Shown here: positions 17,581 to 25,548 of the stretch, piece by piece
Layout: the number at the start of each line of letters is the position of its first letter
Position numbering within the stretch: the stretch's first letter is position 1
Assembly (NCBI RefSeq): GCF_000025945.1
Contig: NC_006138.1
Coordinates: forward strand, 1,170,001 to 1,202,000
DNA: 32,000 nt
Direction: 5' to 3'
From: Desulfotalea psychrophila LSv54
GTDB taxonomy: Bacteria; Desulfobacterota; Desulfobulbia; Desulfobulbales; Desulfocapsaceae
Program-made: the position numbers and the translations under genes
Notes under the pieces: generated by a model
The model's input: only the letters and a program-made list of their open reading frames with translations
Databases searched by the model: none
What the model was told of the DNA's origin: nothing

Positions 17581-17596
17581 TACAAAATCAGTGCCA
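17581..17596 (-). promoter_or_regulatory. Sigma54 (-24/-12) promoter
   Basis: The minus strand reads TGGCAC-TGATT-TTGTA, against consensus TGGCAC-N5-TTGCA (one mismatch, correct spacing). It lies ~55 nt upstream of the GTG at 17526. Confidence 0.6.
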
Positions 17597-17724
17597 GAAA
17601 GAGGTTGTTCTGTTTAAGTAATTGATATTGTGTGAAAAAATTTAGTGTGGAATGTCCAACCACTTGTTTTTAAGGGTCTTTTGTTTTTGGATCGCAGAGA
17701 TGAAGGGAAAAGCGAGGGGAAAAC

Positions 17725-17741
17725 TGAGGCATCGTGCCCCA
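17725..17741. promoter_or_regulatory. Candidate enhancer (UAS) half 1: TGAGGCATCGTGCCCCA
   Basis: Palindromic core GGCA-TCG-TGCC, ~135 bp upstream of the -24 element. It matches 17881-17897 at 14 of 17 positions. Confidence 0.35.
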
Positions 17742-17880
17742 ATTTTAGAAAAAGAGAGGCGATATGAGCTGGGTAAAAACGAAGGATTATGAGAGTGGCA
17801 GGGTGAGGTGTAGTAAAATGGGGGCTAGAGAAGGATGAATGGAGTTCATACCTTTTACTGATCGTTGAATAATTCAGGTA

Positions 17881-17897
17881 TGTGGCATTATGCCCCA
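17881..17897. promoter_or_regulatory. Candidate enhancer (UAS) half 2: TGTGGCATTATGCCCCA
   Basis: Palindromic core GGCAT-T-ATGCC, ~290 bp upstream of the -24 element. Confidence 0.35.
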
Positions 17898-18106
17898 TAA
17901 AGGCAAAACGCTACAGAAGGGGATGGGAAGTCGATAAAACCTTCTTCTGCAAATATGATCGGAGCTTGACCTGTGCTCAACTGGAGTAATGACTTTATTC
18001 GCCCCCCCCCCTCGCTAAAGACCTGCTTCTTTAGAGTGGCGGGGCTCCGGGGTCTGATAGTCTATCTTCAAGGATCAATGAGGGTGAAAGCTCTGGCTCC
18101 ACCTAA

Positions 18107-18820
18107 TCATCCCACGCTGAAGCGAAAGACACCATCTCCAGGTCGATTAAGAGAGGAGCTACCTAGGCTTATCCTGCGCTCGGAGAGTTGCTCGATGACG
18201 TGTTTCAGGTGGTCGCCGGGTAAGATGACATTGAGGTGAGCATCTTCAGATGCGCTGTGTCTGGAGCAGCAGGCCGGGGATATTTTGGCTAGGTTTTTAT
18301 TGTGGACCAGGACACAATCCGCACAGGAGGCGGAGTTGCTATTTACCTCTAGTGGCTGAGCGCCGGATGCCAATGTCCACTGGTCAATAAGCTCATCGGC
18401 CTGGGCCTTGGTGCAGTAACAGTGAACTGTATCCGCTACAAATTGAGCAACCGTGAGCGGGGCGATAGCAATACCTAAAACCCCATGTTGCAGTTGTTGC
18501 CTCGGATGATTGCTTGCCTGAGCAGTGGCATCCTGCCAGTTGAAGCGATACTTCGCATCATCACAGCCAAGAGTTTTTGCCTCTAAATAGATGATCTGTT
18601 TTTCTAGGTGGGCGGTATCCATCAGGGTGCAGAAGGGTGTTGCCTGTGTTGGCTCATGGTAATCATGCCATTTTTTGAAGTAATCAACTTCAATCTGGGC
18701 GTAGAAAAATTTTACTGCAACTGGAGGATGGCAGAGCTTGAGCTCTGTCATCAGGGTTTCCTGCATATTTTGATAGTTGCGTCTATAGAGTGGTTTCTCG
18801 TCTAGTGGCTTTTCATACAT
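18107..18820 (-). CDS. Hypothetical protein, possibly DUF169 (COG2043) family
   Basis: 237 aa, ATG with SD AAAGGAA. The N-terminal LKLCHPPVAVKFF and scattered Cys resemble DUF169 proteins as recalled from memory. The family assignment is tentative. Confidence 0.45.
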   Translation of the reverse strand: MYEKPLDEKPLYRRNYQNMQETLMTELKLCHPPVAVKFFYAQIEVDYFKKWHDYHEPTQATPFCTLMDTAHLEKQIIYLEAKTLGCDDAKYRFNWQDATAQASNHPRQQLQHGVLGIAIAPLTVAQFVADTVHCYCTKAQADELIDQWTLASGAQPLEVNSNSASCADCVLVHNKNLAKISPACCSRHSASEDAHLNVILPGDHLKHVIEQLSERRISLGSSSLNRPGDGVFRFSVG

Positions 18821-18900
18821 GAGATGTTCCTTTTCTAGAGTGTTTCATAATGATTCGGGCAGGAAAAAAAGTTGGGTCCCCGATGAAGTTGTTTCTAGTG

Positions 18901-18932
18901 GTAATAAATATAGTGAACTGTGACAAGCGAAG
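18901..18932 (-). promoter_or_regulatory. Conserved 32-nt upstream box (copy 2), ~80 nt upstream of the DUF169-like gene
   Basis: gtaataaatatagtgaactgtgacaagcgaag matches 6179-6210 at 29 of 32 positions, with the same orientation and similar distance to a minus-strand start codon. Confidence 0.4.
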
Positions 18933-19064
18933 ATTTTTTGGGTGAGAAGGTCATCGGCTCAGTTCAGGCTGTGTTGGCGTAATTATAGTCAGCTCATTCA
19001 CCTTGCAAATTAGGCAGCTGACTGTATAAAGAGATCAATATCAAAAAATAAGGGGATAGCCATC

Positions 19065-19679
19065 ATGTCAGCCGAGAGTGCAGTGTCATTTTTATGTATT
19101 ATTTTTGTCTTTGCCATTACTCCCGGGCCGGGTGTCTTTGCCCTCTTGGCCAGGTCTCTCTCCTCTGGGATTAAGCCCTCTATTCATCTGGCCTTAGGTA
19201 TGGCTCTCAGTGATGTCTGTTATCTGGTTTTTGCCTGTTTGGGGCTTGCCGTTATTGCAGAACAGTGGGCTGGCCTCTTTATGCTTATTCGTATTGCCGG
19301 TGCTTTTTATCTGCTCTATCTGGGTTGGAAGATGTGGAACGCCTCTCCCGCGGCCATGGTAAAAGACAGTGGTAGTGCGCCTAAGGCGGTTAGAGGTCTG
19401 CTTCAGGGCTTTATGATCTCAGCCTCAAATCCCAAGGTTATTTTCTTTTATATAGCATTTTTACCCACTATTCTGGATCTTAACAGTTTGACAACCTTTG
19501 ATATAGCTTTGGCCTCGGTGATAACACTTCTGGGCCTTATGCTGGGGCTGATGACGGTTGCCATCTCTGCCTCCTCGGCCAGACGATTTTTTACCTCGAC
19601 CACGGCGGTTAAAAAGCTGAACCGTACCTCCGGTGGAATTATGATAGGGGCAGGCTGCTACCTCGGTCTTCATGGCTAA
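19065..19679 (+). CDS. LysE/RhtB-family amino-acid exporter
   Basis: 204 aa with six hydrophobic helices. Motifs are ITPGPGVFALLARS at the N-terminus and NPKVIFFYIAFLP. Confidence 0.85.
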   Translation: MSAESAVSFLCIIFVFAITPGPGVFALLARSLSSGIKPSIHLALGMALSDVCYLVFACLGLAVIAEQWAGLFMLIRIAGAFYLLYLGWKMWNASPAAMVKDSGSAPKAVRGLLQGFMISASNPKVIFFYIAFLPTILDLNSLTTFDIALASVITLLGLMLGLMTVAISASSARRFFTSTTAVKKLNRTSGGIMIGAGCYLGLHG

Positions 19680-20100
19680 GGGGGAGTAGGCGGTTGCCCT
19701 TCCGCTACTACGGCCATCCCCAGCTTTTGTTTACTCTTCTCGCCCCTTACCCTCCTTCGTCTTTTCTCCGTTTGTAGACGTAGCAATTTTACGCTTCGCT
19801 AAAAACCCCATGTTCTCCGCTCAATAGGCCTCTACAGCCTCTCTTATAGGGGAAACCTGTCTTTTGCTATCTCTCTGAACTTGGCTCTTGTTTTCCGCTT
19901 TGCGGCAGAGTATGAGGACGTGGCAAAAGAGACAGGGGCTTATCAGGGCCGCCTGTTTTCTCCATGCCTTGGTGTAAAGAGTGGGGGAGGCATTGGTTGA
20001 AATTCAACTGGATCGGTTTTCTGTTTTTGTAATTATTTAAAAGTCATTCAGAGTATTTTGCATAGATTGTCAGTTCGACTATGACTCATGAGGAAGAAAT

Positions 20101-20853
20101 ATGCCGATAGAATATTATATATTTATAGCCATTTGCTGGGGATTGGGTGGTGTTATTACTGGTTTTGCCGGATTTGGTGCCGCCCTTATCGCCATGCCCA
20201 TTATTGCCATGGTGGTTCCCATGCATATAGCTGTTCCCTGCGGAACCATCGTTGCGTTTTTCATGAATATCCAAATGATCCGTAATTATTGGAGACATAT
20301 TGACTGGAAACGTCTGCTACCAATGGTATGCGCAACGCCTTTTGGCGCCTTTACTGGTGTCTCTTTTGCCCGTTCAGTGGATGGGGCCTATTTGCAGTTG
20401 GGCTTGGGCATTTTGCTGGCCTGTTTTTCCATTTGGGCCCTTCTTTTTGAAGAGAGAAAAGAACGTAGGCCTGTTCATAGAGCCTGGGGAGTTCTCGCCG
20501 GTTTTAGTTCTTCTGCCATAGGGAGTTCCATTGGTATGGGAGGGCCCCCCACCATTGTTTTTACCTCTCTTTCTGGTTGGTCAAAGGATAGGATTAAGGC
20601 AGGGATTTCCGGGTATTTTCTTGTTGCTGGTGCTGTCATGTTGTCATTTCAGATCTGGGCAGGATTGCAGAACACCTCCGCCCTCTTGGCTGCCTGTGTA
20701 AGCATCCCCACCATTTATCTGGGGATTCGCTTAGGTATCAACCTTTCCAAAAAGGTGGGGGAACGTTCCTATCGCAAGAATCTCTTTCGTATGCTCATTC
20801 TTTTTGCTGTGATCATTCTCTATAAGGCAATAACTCAGCTGTGGTTCTCCTAA
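20101..20853 (+). CDS. TauE/SafE (TSUP, DUF81) family anion/sulfite exporter
   Basis: 250 aa and polytopic, with GFAGFGAALIAMP and GMGGPP motifs in two repeated halves. Confidence 0.8.
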   Translation: MPIEYYIFIAICWGLGGVITGFAGFGAALIAMPIIAMVVPMHIAVPCGTIVAFFMNIQMIRNYWRHIDWKRLLPMVCATPFGAFTGVSFARSVDGAYLQLGLGILLACFSIWALLFEERKERRPVHRAWGVLAGFSSSAIGSSIGMGGPPTIVFTSLSGWSKDRIKAGISGYFLVAGAVMLSFQIWAGLQNTSALLAACVSIPTIYLGIRLGINLSKKVGERSYRKNLFRMLILFAVIILYKAITQLWFS

Positions 20854-21033
20854 CCATTTTGTTGTCTCTTTCCGAAAAGGGGTGGCCCTACCCTGCCTTC
20901 TGCTCTGGCAGATGGGGGGCACTCTCTGACACACCCAGGATAATTAGGTAACTTTTTTTTCTAGCCAATGGCAAACTTACGGGCTTTGCTCACGGACTTG
21001 CCATCAAAGAACAGCTTTTGACATTTGAAAAAA

Positions 21034-21059
21034 GCTGAGCTCAAGCAATAAGCGCAACA
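21034..21059 (-). repeat. TIR-like 27-bp motif, copy a (reverse orientation)
   Basis: gctgagctcaagcaataagcgcaaca is the reverse complement of the consensus TGTTGCACTTATTGTAyTnAnTCAGCC. About 130 bp around it (20990-21125) also resemble 24490-24625. Confidence 0.6.
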
Positions 21060-21199
21060 CGTTTGCCAGTAAAACTGGAGCTGGTTTTATCCCATTTTTA
21101 ATGTTTTAGTTTAGAAGAATTACCTGGCGTAACTCGTTGTTTGAGGTTGTGAGTGACCGATTAGGCTAAGAAGAATTGTATTCTTCTTTGGCTATGGCA

Positions 21200-22345
21200 T
21201 TAAAGAAATTTCCTGAGCAGGAAGGCAAAGGGAATCGAGCCAATGGCGAAGACGTTGCAGATAATATAGGTTGTTTCCAGGCCAAAATTATCTCCTGACA
21301 GGCCGACAGCAAAGACAACCAGGGAGGTGATACTAAAGCTGATTGTCATATATATGCTATTCATAAATGTTGGCATATGGGTATTGGTATCCTGCACACT
21401 TGCCATAAGAACCGGGCCAGAAGATAAAAGAAACAAGCCCAAGAAGGCAAGTATATAAATACTACCAAAGTGGATAAAAAGCCCCATACAGAGAGCTGAA
21501 CCTATACTTGTTATTACCAGGGTATTTTTTCGACCTATTCGATCCGATAGATTTCCAGCAAAAAAAGCGCCCAACACACCAAAAAACTGGAGGATAGATA
21601 GAGAGAAACCTGCGTGCCAGAGACTCTCCCCCTGGCTTATGAGATAGACGGGCAGATAAAGGGTTAAAGCACTTTTCATCCCAGCCTGAAAGAACAGATA
21701 AGATGCTAATACCGTAAAAAACGGGGTGTATCTCTTGAGCAGTTTTCGTGTATCCCCCTTCTCTTTTGCTTTGCTAACTGGTCGATCAAAATCGAAATCT
21801 TTAAGTTTCAGATATAAGATAAAAGATGCGACAAGCCCTAAAGGCATGAGTTTATAGATACCCTCCAAACCCCAAAGAGAAACAGCTGCTGTTACCAGTA
21901 ATGGACCGATTGTTCGTGCTGATTCTCCGCCTACCATAAACCAGCTCATGCCTGTACCGATTCTGTTTCCAGAGGCTTCTTTTACCATCACTGGAGAGGG
22001 TACATGGAAAAGTGCCGAACTTATGCCGGACACGAATAACAGAATAAAAAGGATGGTGTAGGATGAGGCAAGGCCAATCAAGCTCATTGCTATTGCGGTG
22101 ATTGCCGGGGTAAAAATGACAAAATATTTTACCTCTGTTTTTTCAGCAAGCAGACCAAAAAATGGATTAAAAAGTGTCGGTATCCTTCTGGCAATCTCTA
22201 ATAAAGCACTTGTTGATAAAGACATGCCGAGCTTTTCGATCAAAAGGGGCAATAATGGTGCTAAAAATGCTGAATATGTGTCATGTAACATATGTGCAGC
22301 AGAAATAGTAAATACGTCTGATTTTCTGAATTTTTTGTAGTTCAT
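21200..22345 (-). CDS. MFS transporter
   Basis: 381 aa with about 12 TM helices. The loop 2-3 motif is LAEKTEVKYF-like, and GNLSDRIGRK is an MFS signature in the second half. Confidence 0.8.
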   Translation of the reverse strand: MNYKKFRKSDVFTISAAHMLHDTYSAFLAPLLPLLIEKLGMSLSTSALLEIARRIPTLFNPFFGLLAEKTEVKYFVIFTPAITAIAMSLIGLASSYTILFILLFVSGISSALFHVPSPVMVKEASGNRIGTGMSWFMVGGESARTIGPLLVTAAVSLWGLEGIYKLMPLGLVASFILYLKLKDFDFDRPVSKAKEKGDTRKLLKRYTPFFTVLASYLFFQAGMKSALTLYLPVYLISQGESLWHAGFSLSILQFFGVLGAFFAGNLSDRIGRKNTLVITSIGSALCMGLFIHFGSIYILAFLGLFLLSSGPVLMASVQDTNTHMPTFMNSIYMTISFSITSLVVFAVGLSGDNFGLETTYIICNVFAIGSIPFAFLLRKFL

Positions 22346-22513
22346 GTTTGTCCGTTAGTTTTTGCAGTTTTTCTGTATGGTTAAGCCATCTCACTATACA
22401 TTAAGAAAATACAATTAACTACCGTCCTAATTGATTTTTATTCCCCTCTTTTATCGCCCATCATCTTCACTCATTGATTGCTCTAGACCTAAACTCCTCT
22501 GATATATGTGCAC

Positions 22514-22540
22514 GGCTGGATTAGTACAATAAGTGCAATA
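22514..22540 (-). repeat. TIR-like 27-bp motif, copy g (reverse orientation)
   Basis: ggctggattagtacaataagtgcaata, 168 nt upstream of the MFS start codon. Confidence 0.6.
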
Positions 22541-22577
22541 GTCTGCTGAGGTGGGTGATCCTCCCCCCTCTGCACCC

Positions 22578-22700
22578 ATGCCTCACTAAGGGAGACCTCG
22601 GCAGTAGCATCAATTATTGACTTGTTCTCAAAATGAGCATGCCGTATCCTGCTGGTGTGGTGCCCTGAAGATTTCTGAATTTCGTAGATGTTAGATGTGG
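22578..22700 (-). pseudogene. Degenerate ORF remnant family, copy 1
   Basis: The minus-frame peptide HFENKSIIDATAEVSLSEA matches HFEDKTILDATDEVTLGKA at 26238-26415. Several differences are synonymous (aca/act, gtg/gtc). The original protein is unidentified. Confidence 0.35.
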
Positions 22701-22779
22701 CAGGGTAGGGACTGATGATAGGGAGGTTGTGCGTCTGGTTTAAGGTGAAGCGGCAGATAATAGTTACGATCGGAAACAA

Positions 22780-22950
22780 AAAAAGGCACTTACAGGAAAA
22801 TCCCATAAGTGCCTTTACCAGTGGTGGAGGTTGGAGTAAACCGTTTAACTGCTCCTTGGAATTCTTACATAAAATCACTTTAAGTCTATCTTGCAGCTTG
22901 TAAGGTAGATTCATCCCAGGACCAATCTTTCCTGTAATACCCTTCCTCGG
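22780..22950. repeat. ~170-bp dispersed repeat, copy D
   Basis: About 75 percent identical by eye to 25130-25305. It starts with the hairpin ggcactta-N13-taagtgcc, flanked by an A-run (a U-run on the minus strand), then cagtggtggaggttgg. Confidence 0.65.
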
Positions 22951-23092
22951 TTATCATATGCTCTGCTTTTGTAGACTATTTGCAACCATAAAACAGTCTG
23001 CTGGAGATCTCTTGCCGATCACCTCTATTACTTATAATGAGACCTGGGAGCGCTTGACCGGTGTGGCGTTTATGGGTCTTTTTATTGATAAT

Positions 23093-23281
23093 TTGAACTG
23101 TGATTTTAGGCGATTATGGAGCGTTCGAAGGGGATTTTCTGTTGGGGACATAATGCTTCTTGTTACAAAGGGCATGGGGGGGGGCGTACTGTCTTGCGGG
23201 ATGTTGTGGGGCAACTTATTCACTATACGTAATATTATGTTTAAGACGCTGTCATGTTGTACTGATTTAGCACTTAATAAG
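23093..23281 (+). repeat. ~190-bp dispersed repeat, copy A (degenerate 3' TIR-like end)
   Basis: Shares ordered blocks with 29780-29974 and 30899-31080: aactgtgattttag, catggg, gtcttgcg.gatgttgtgggg, cactat.cg, attatgtttaagacgctgt. Confidence 0.65.
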
Positions 23282-23358
23282 TTCAAAAAATGTTTTCCCA
23301 TGCTGAAAGCATCCCCAGCATCAGAGAGCAGGGGATGCTTGATTGAGCAGCTTAGAGT

Positions 23359-24453
23359 TTACATGCCGACAGATAAGGCCTGAAGTGTTTCAATGGTCAA
23401 ATACTTGGTTACGGAAAGTTTTTTAGCTGCCTGAAATTTATTGACAGCTTTCATGGTTTGACTTCCGATCACGCCATCAATGGAACCTGGATTATAACCG
23501 GCTTTAAGCAGGGCCCGTTGAACTTGGCTGATCTTTACCTGAGTCATATTGGTCGCACAAAGGATCTGCGTCCATTCTAAATGACCGGCATTGGTCATTA
23601 CCCGTCGTTGAACGGTTTCATAAACAGCAGGCTGGGTGACTTTTTCAGACGTGGCTGAAGAGACCATTCGGGTGACGTTTACCTTGCCGTATTCAGCCGG
23701 AATAACGATTTCCTTAGTTACAGGAGGTGTAACCAGGACTCGTTTTTTGATAATTTTTGTTACGGCCGGCTGGATGACTTCACGGGTGGTTGCCTCGGTT
23801 TTTAATACCTGTTTGCTAATGGTTTTGTAAACAGCAGGTTCGGTAACCAGGCACATGATTTCACCTGTAGTTTCGTTTACCTTCTGGATCGGTCCTGTCC
23901 CCTTTTTCCATTCTGTGTGGGCTGCTCGTACCAGAACCTTTTCAGTTATTGTTTTGTAAACCGCAGGAACAGCGACTAGCATTGTTTTGGCTGGAGAAAC
24001 CATCTTGGTCTCTTCGATCCATTTATACTGAGCCGGTTCTACGATCAGTTTCGTGCTGGCTTCCTTTGCCAGTACCGTCTCTTCAACGGTTTCGTAACGG
24101 GCCGGAATAATTTTAATTTTTTCCTTAGGGTCATGAGTTAGAACCGTTTCGGTTTCAAAAGTATATTTACTGGGGATGAAAATCCGAGCATAGCATTCCC
24201 CGGATTTTGCGTTGGGAGGAAACAGGTCTGAGGTTCCCATCATTTTTTGTTTTTTCTGGGCCATGGCCAGTTCCTGTTCCTTCTGGGTCAACATCTGCTG
24301 CTGTGCTGTAAGTGACTGTTCCTGTTCTTCAATCGCTGCCATTTTTTGTGTCATGGTGTTGTCTGTTTTCGGGGTCGTGGCGCATGCCGACAAGGTCAAC
24401 GCACACATCACCATAAGCCCGCCCGTGAAAAATGATTTCGTCTTGATTTCCAT
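23359..24453 (-). CDS. Lipoprotein with seven internal PAxYxT-type repeats and a C-terminal peptidoglycan-binding (PG_binding_1-like) domain
   Basis: Strong SD AAGGAGGG. The signal peptide has lipobox LTLSAC, followed by a Q/E-rich coiled segment. Repeats include IPARYETVEETVL, VPAVYKTITEKVLV, EPAVYKTISKQVL and QPAVYETVQRRVM. The C-terminus reads VQRALLKAGYNPGSIDGVIGSQTMKAVNKFQ. Confidence 0.75.
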   Translation of the reverse strand: MEIKTKSFFTGGLMVMCALTLSACATTPKTDNTMTQKMAAIEEQEQSLTAQQQMLTQKEQELAMAQKKQKMMGTSDLFPPNAKSGECYARIFIPSKYTFETETVLTHDPKEKIKIIPARYETVEETVLAKEASTKLIVEPAQYKWIEETKMVSPAKTMLVAVPAVYKTITEKVLVRAAHTEWKKGTGPIQKVNETTGEIMCLVTEPAVYKTISKQVLKTEATTREVIQPAVTKIIKKRVLVTPPVTKEIVIPAEYGKVNVTRMVSSATSEKVTQPAVYETVQRRVMTNAGHLEWTQILCATNMTQVKISQVQRALLKAGYNPGSIDGVIGSQTMKAVNKFQAAKKLSVTKYLTIETLQALSVGM

Positions 24454-24521
24454 GGTACCCTCCTTTTGTGAGATTATTGTCTACTCTTGCCTTGAGCTGC
24501 TCACATCAAACGAACACGAAA

Positions 24522-24706
24522 GCTGAGCTCAAATAATAAGTGCAACATTGCTACCAGCAAAGACTTCCATCGGAGTTAGATCTCCCAACACTTTTCTTAA
24601 AGTTAGGTTTAAACAGACCTTTGTTTGAAGTGTAGGAGCGGAAAATAGCTCCCGCTCACTCACTTTTTAAATTTTAGCCTGTTGCACTTATTGTATTACT
24701 CCAGCC
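24522..24706. repeat. MITE-like unit bounded by an inverted pair of the 27-bp motif (copies b and c)
   Basis: gctgagctcaaataataagtgcaaca (24522-24547) and tgttgcacttattgtattactccagcc (24680-24706) face each other across ~130 bp. The left end is 68 nt upstream of the lipoprotein start. Confidence 0.6.
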
Positions 24707-24833
24707 CAAGTTAAGCAAAAAAAAATCATTTGTTATTTCTTCTTCTGATACTGTTGTCACAGCAATTTTTTTTGGCCAATGGTGTATGAGGCGTTCGTTG
24801 GTATGGTGCTTAGATTTTCGTGTCAGTAACTGC

Positions 24834-25030
24834 CTTGTAGCATAAATCATGAAGGAATAAAATCAACTCCCCTCTACTTCATTCCATCTTAGCAAACAAC
24901 CTCTCGAACAGGAATTCTTAAAGCATTAATTTTATTCAAAGCCTTGATTACAGATGACTTACCTGCTTGACCCTTATGTTTCCTGAGGCTTAGTTTATCA
25001 CCTATTAACTACTTGTAGCGAGTTGATAAG
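24834..25030 (-). mobile_element. IS5-family (IS903-group-like) right-end relic, ~200 bp
   Basis: gccttgtagcataaatcatgaagg and the following ~170 bp align with the end of the larger relic at 28868 onward. Confidence 0.7.
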
Positions 25031-25129
25031 CATAACAAAATTGTGTTAGGAATTGGGTAGGGGGAGAGGCTGTTTGGGTAGGGTAAGGCAAAATTTAGCA
25101 AGGGATGCCGAGGACGACTGGACATTAAT

Positions 25130-25305
25130 CAAAAGAGGCACTTACAGGGAAATCTCATAAGCGCCTTTATCAGTGGTGGAGGTTGGGGAAAACCGTTGAA
25201 CTGCCTCTTTGTAATTGTTAGATATATTTTTATTTAAGTCGATGTCATAGCTTGCAAAATAGATTCATTTCAGAATCAATCTTTCTCGTAATACCTGCCC
25301 TTGTT
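25130..25305. repeat. ~170-bp dispersed repeat, copy E
   Basis: Homologous to copy D, with hairpin ggcactta..taagcgcc followed by cagtggtggaggttgg. Its minus frame is closed by stop codons, so it is non-coding. Confidence 0.65.
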
Positions 25306-25548
25306 GCCAATTTTATTTATTACTTAGGATAGGGATTCTCGGCTACGATTGAAGCTTGACCCGTGGAACGCTTCAATGTTGATAGGTTAAGGTCTTTCTC
25401 ACTTTATAGTACCTTGCAAAGGTCTTGTTTGTTGTGACGCAATGTTGCATAATTTTAGTGGCACGGCAGTAGTCAAACCAGGTTGGATCGAATGAAGTAG
25501 TTGGGTGTCCATATAGCACATCTGACTGGTATAGGTGATTAGGGCGCA

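Noticed and set aside
17614-17898. 94-aa minus-strand ORF in the region upstream of the sigma54 promoter.
   Set aside because: It has no SD and a Ser/Phe/His-rich, low-complexity translation. It lies upstream of the promoter and covers both candidate enhancer boxes, so non-coding regulatory DNA is more likely.
22489-23383. ORFs 22489-22914 (141 aa) and 22958-23383 (141 aa). The same reasoning applies to 29511-29801, 30565-30834 and 30925-31107.
   Set aside because: They run across the dispersed repeats. Homologous repeat copies carry indels and stops in the same frames, so the open frames are fortuitous. Only a short segment (22578-22700) looks like a decayed coding remnant.
24680-24706. XerCD dif-like site in the 27-bp motif.
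   Set aside because: It has only partial resemblance to a XerC arm and no palindromic XerD arm. There are many copies, whereas one per replicon would be expected.
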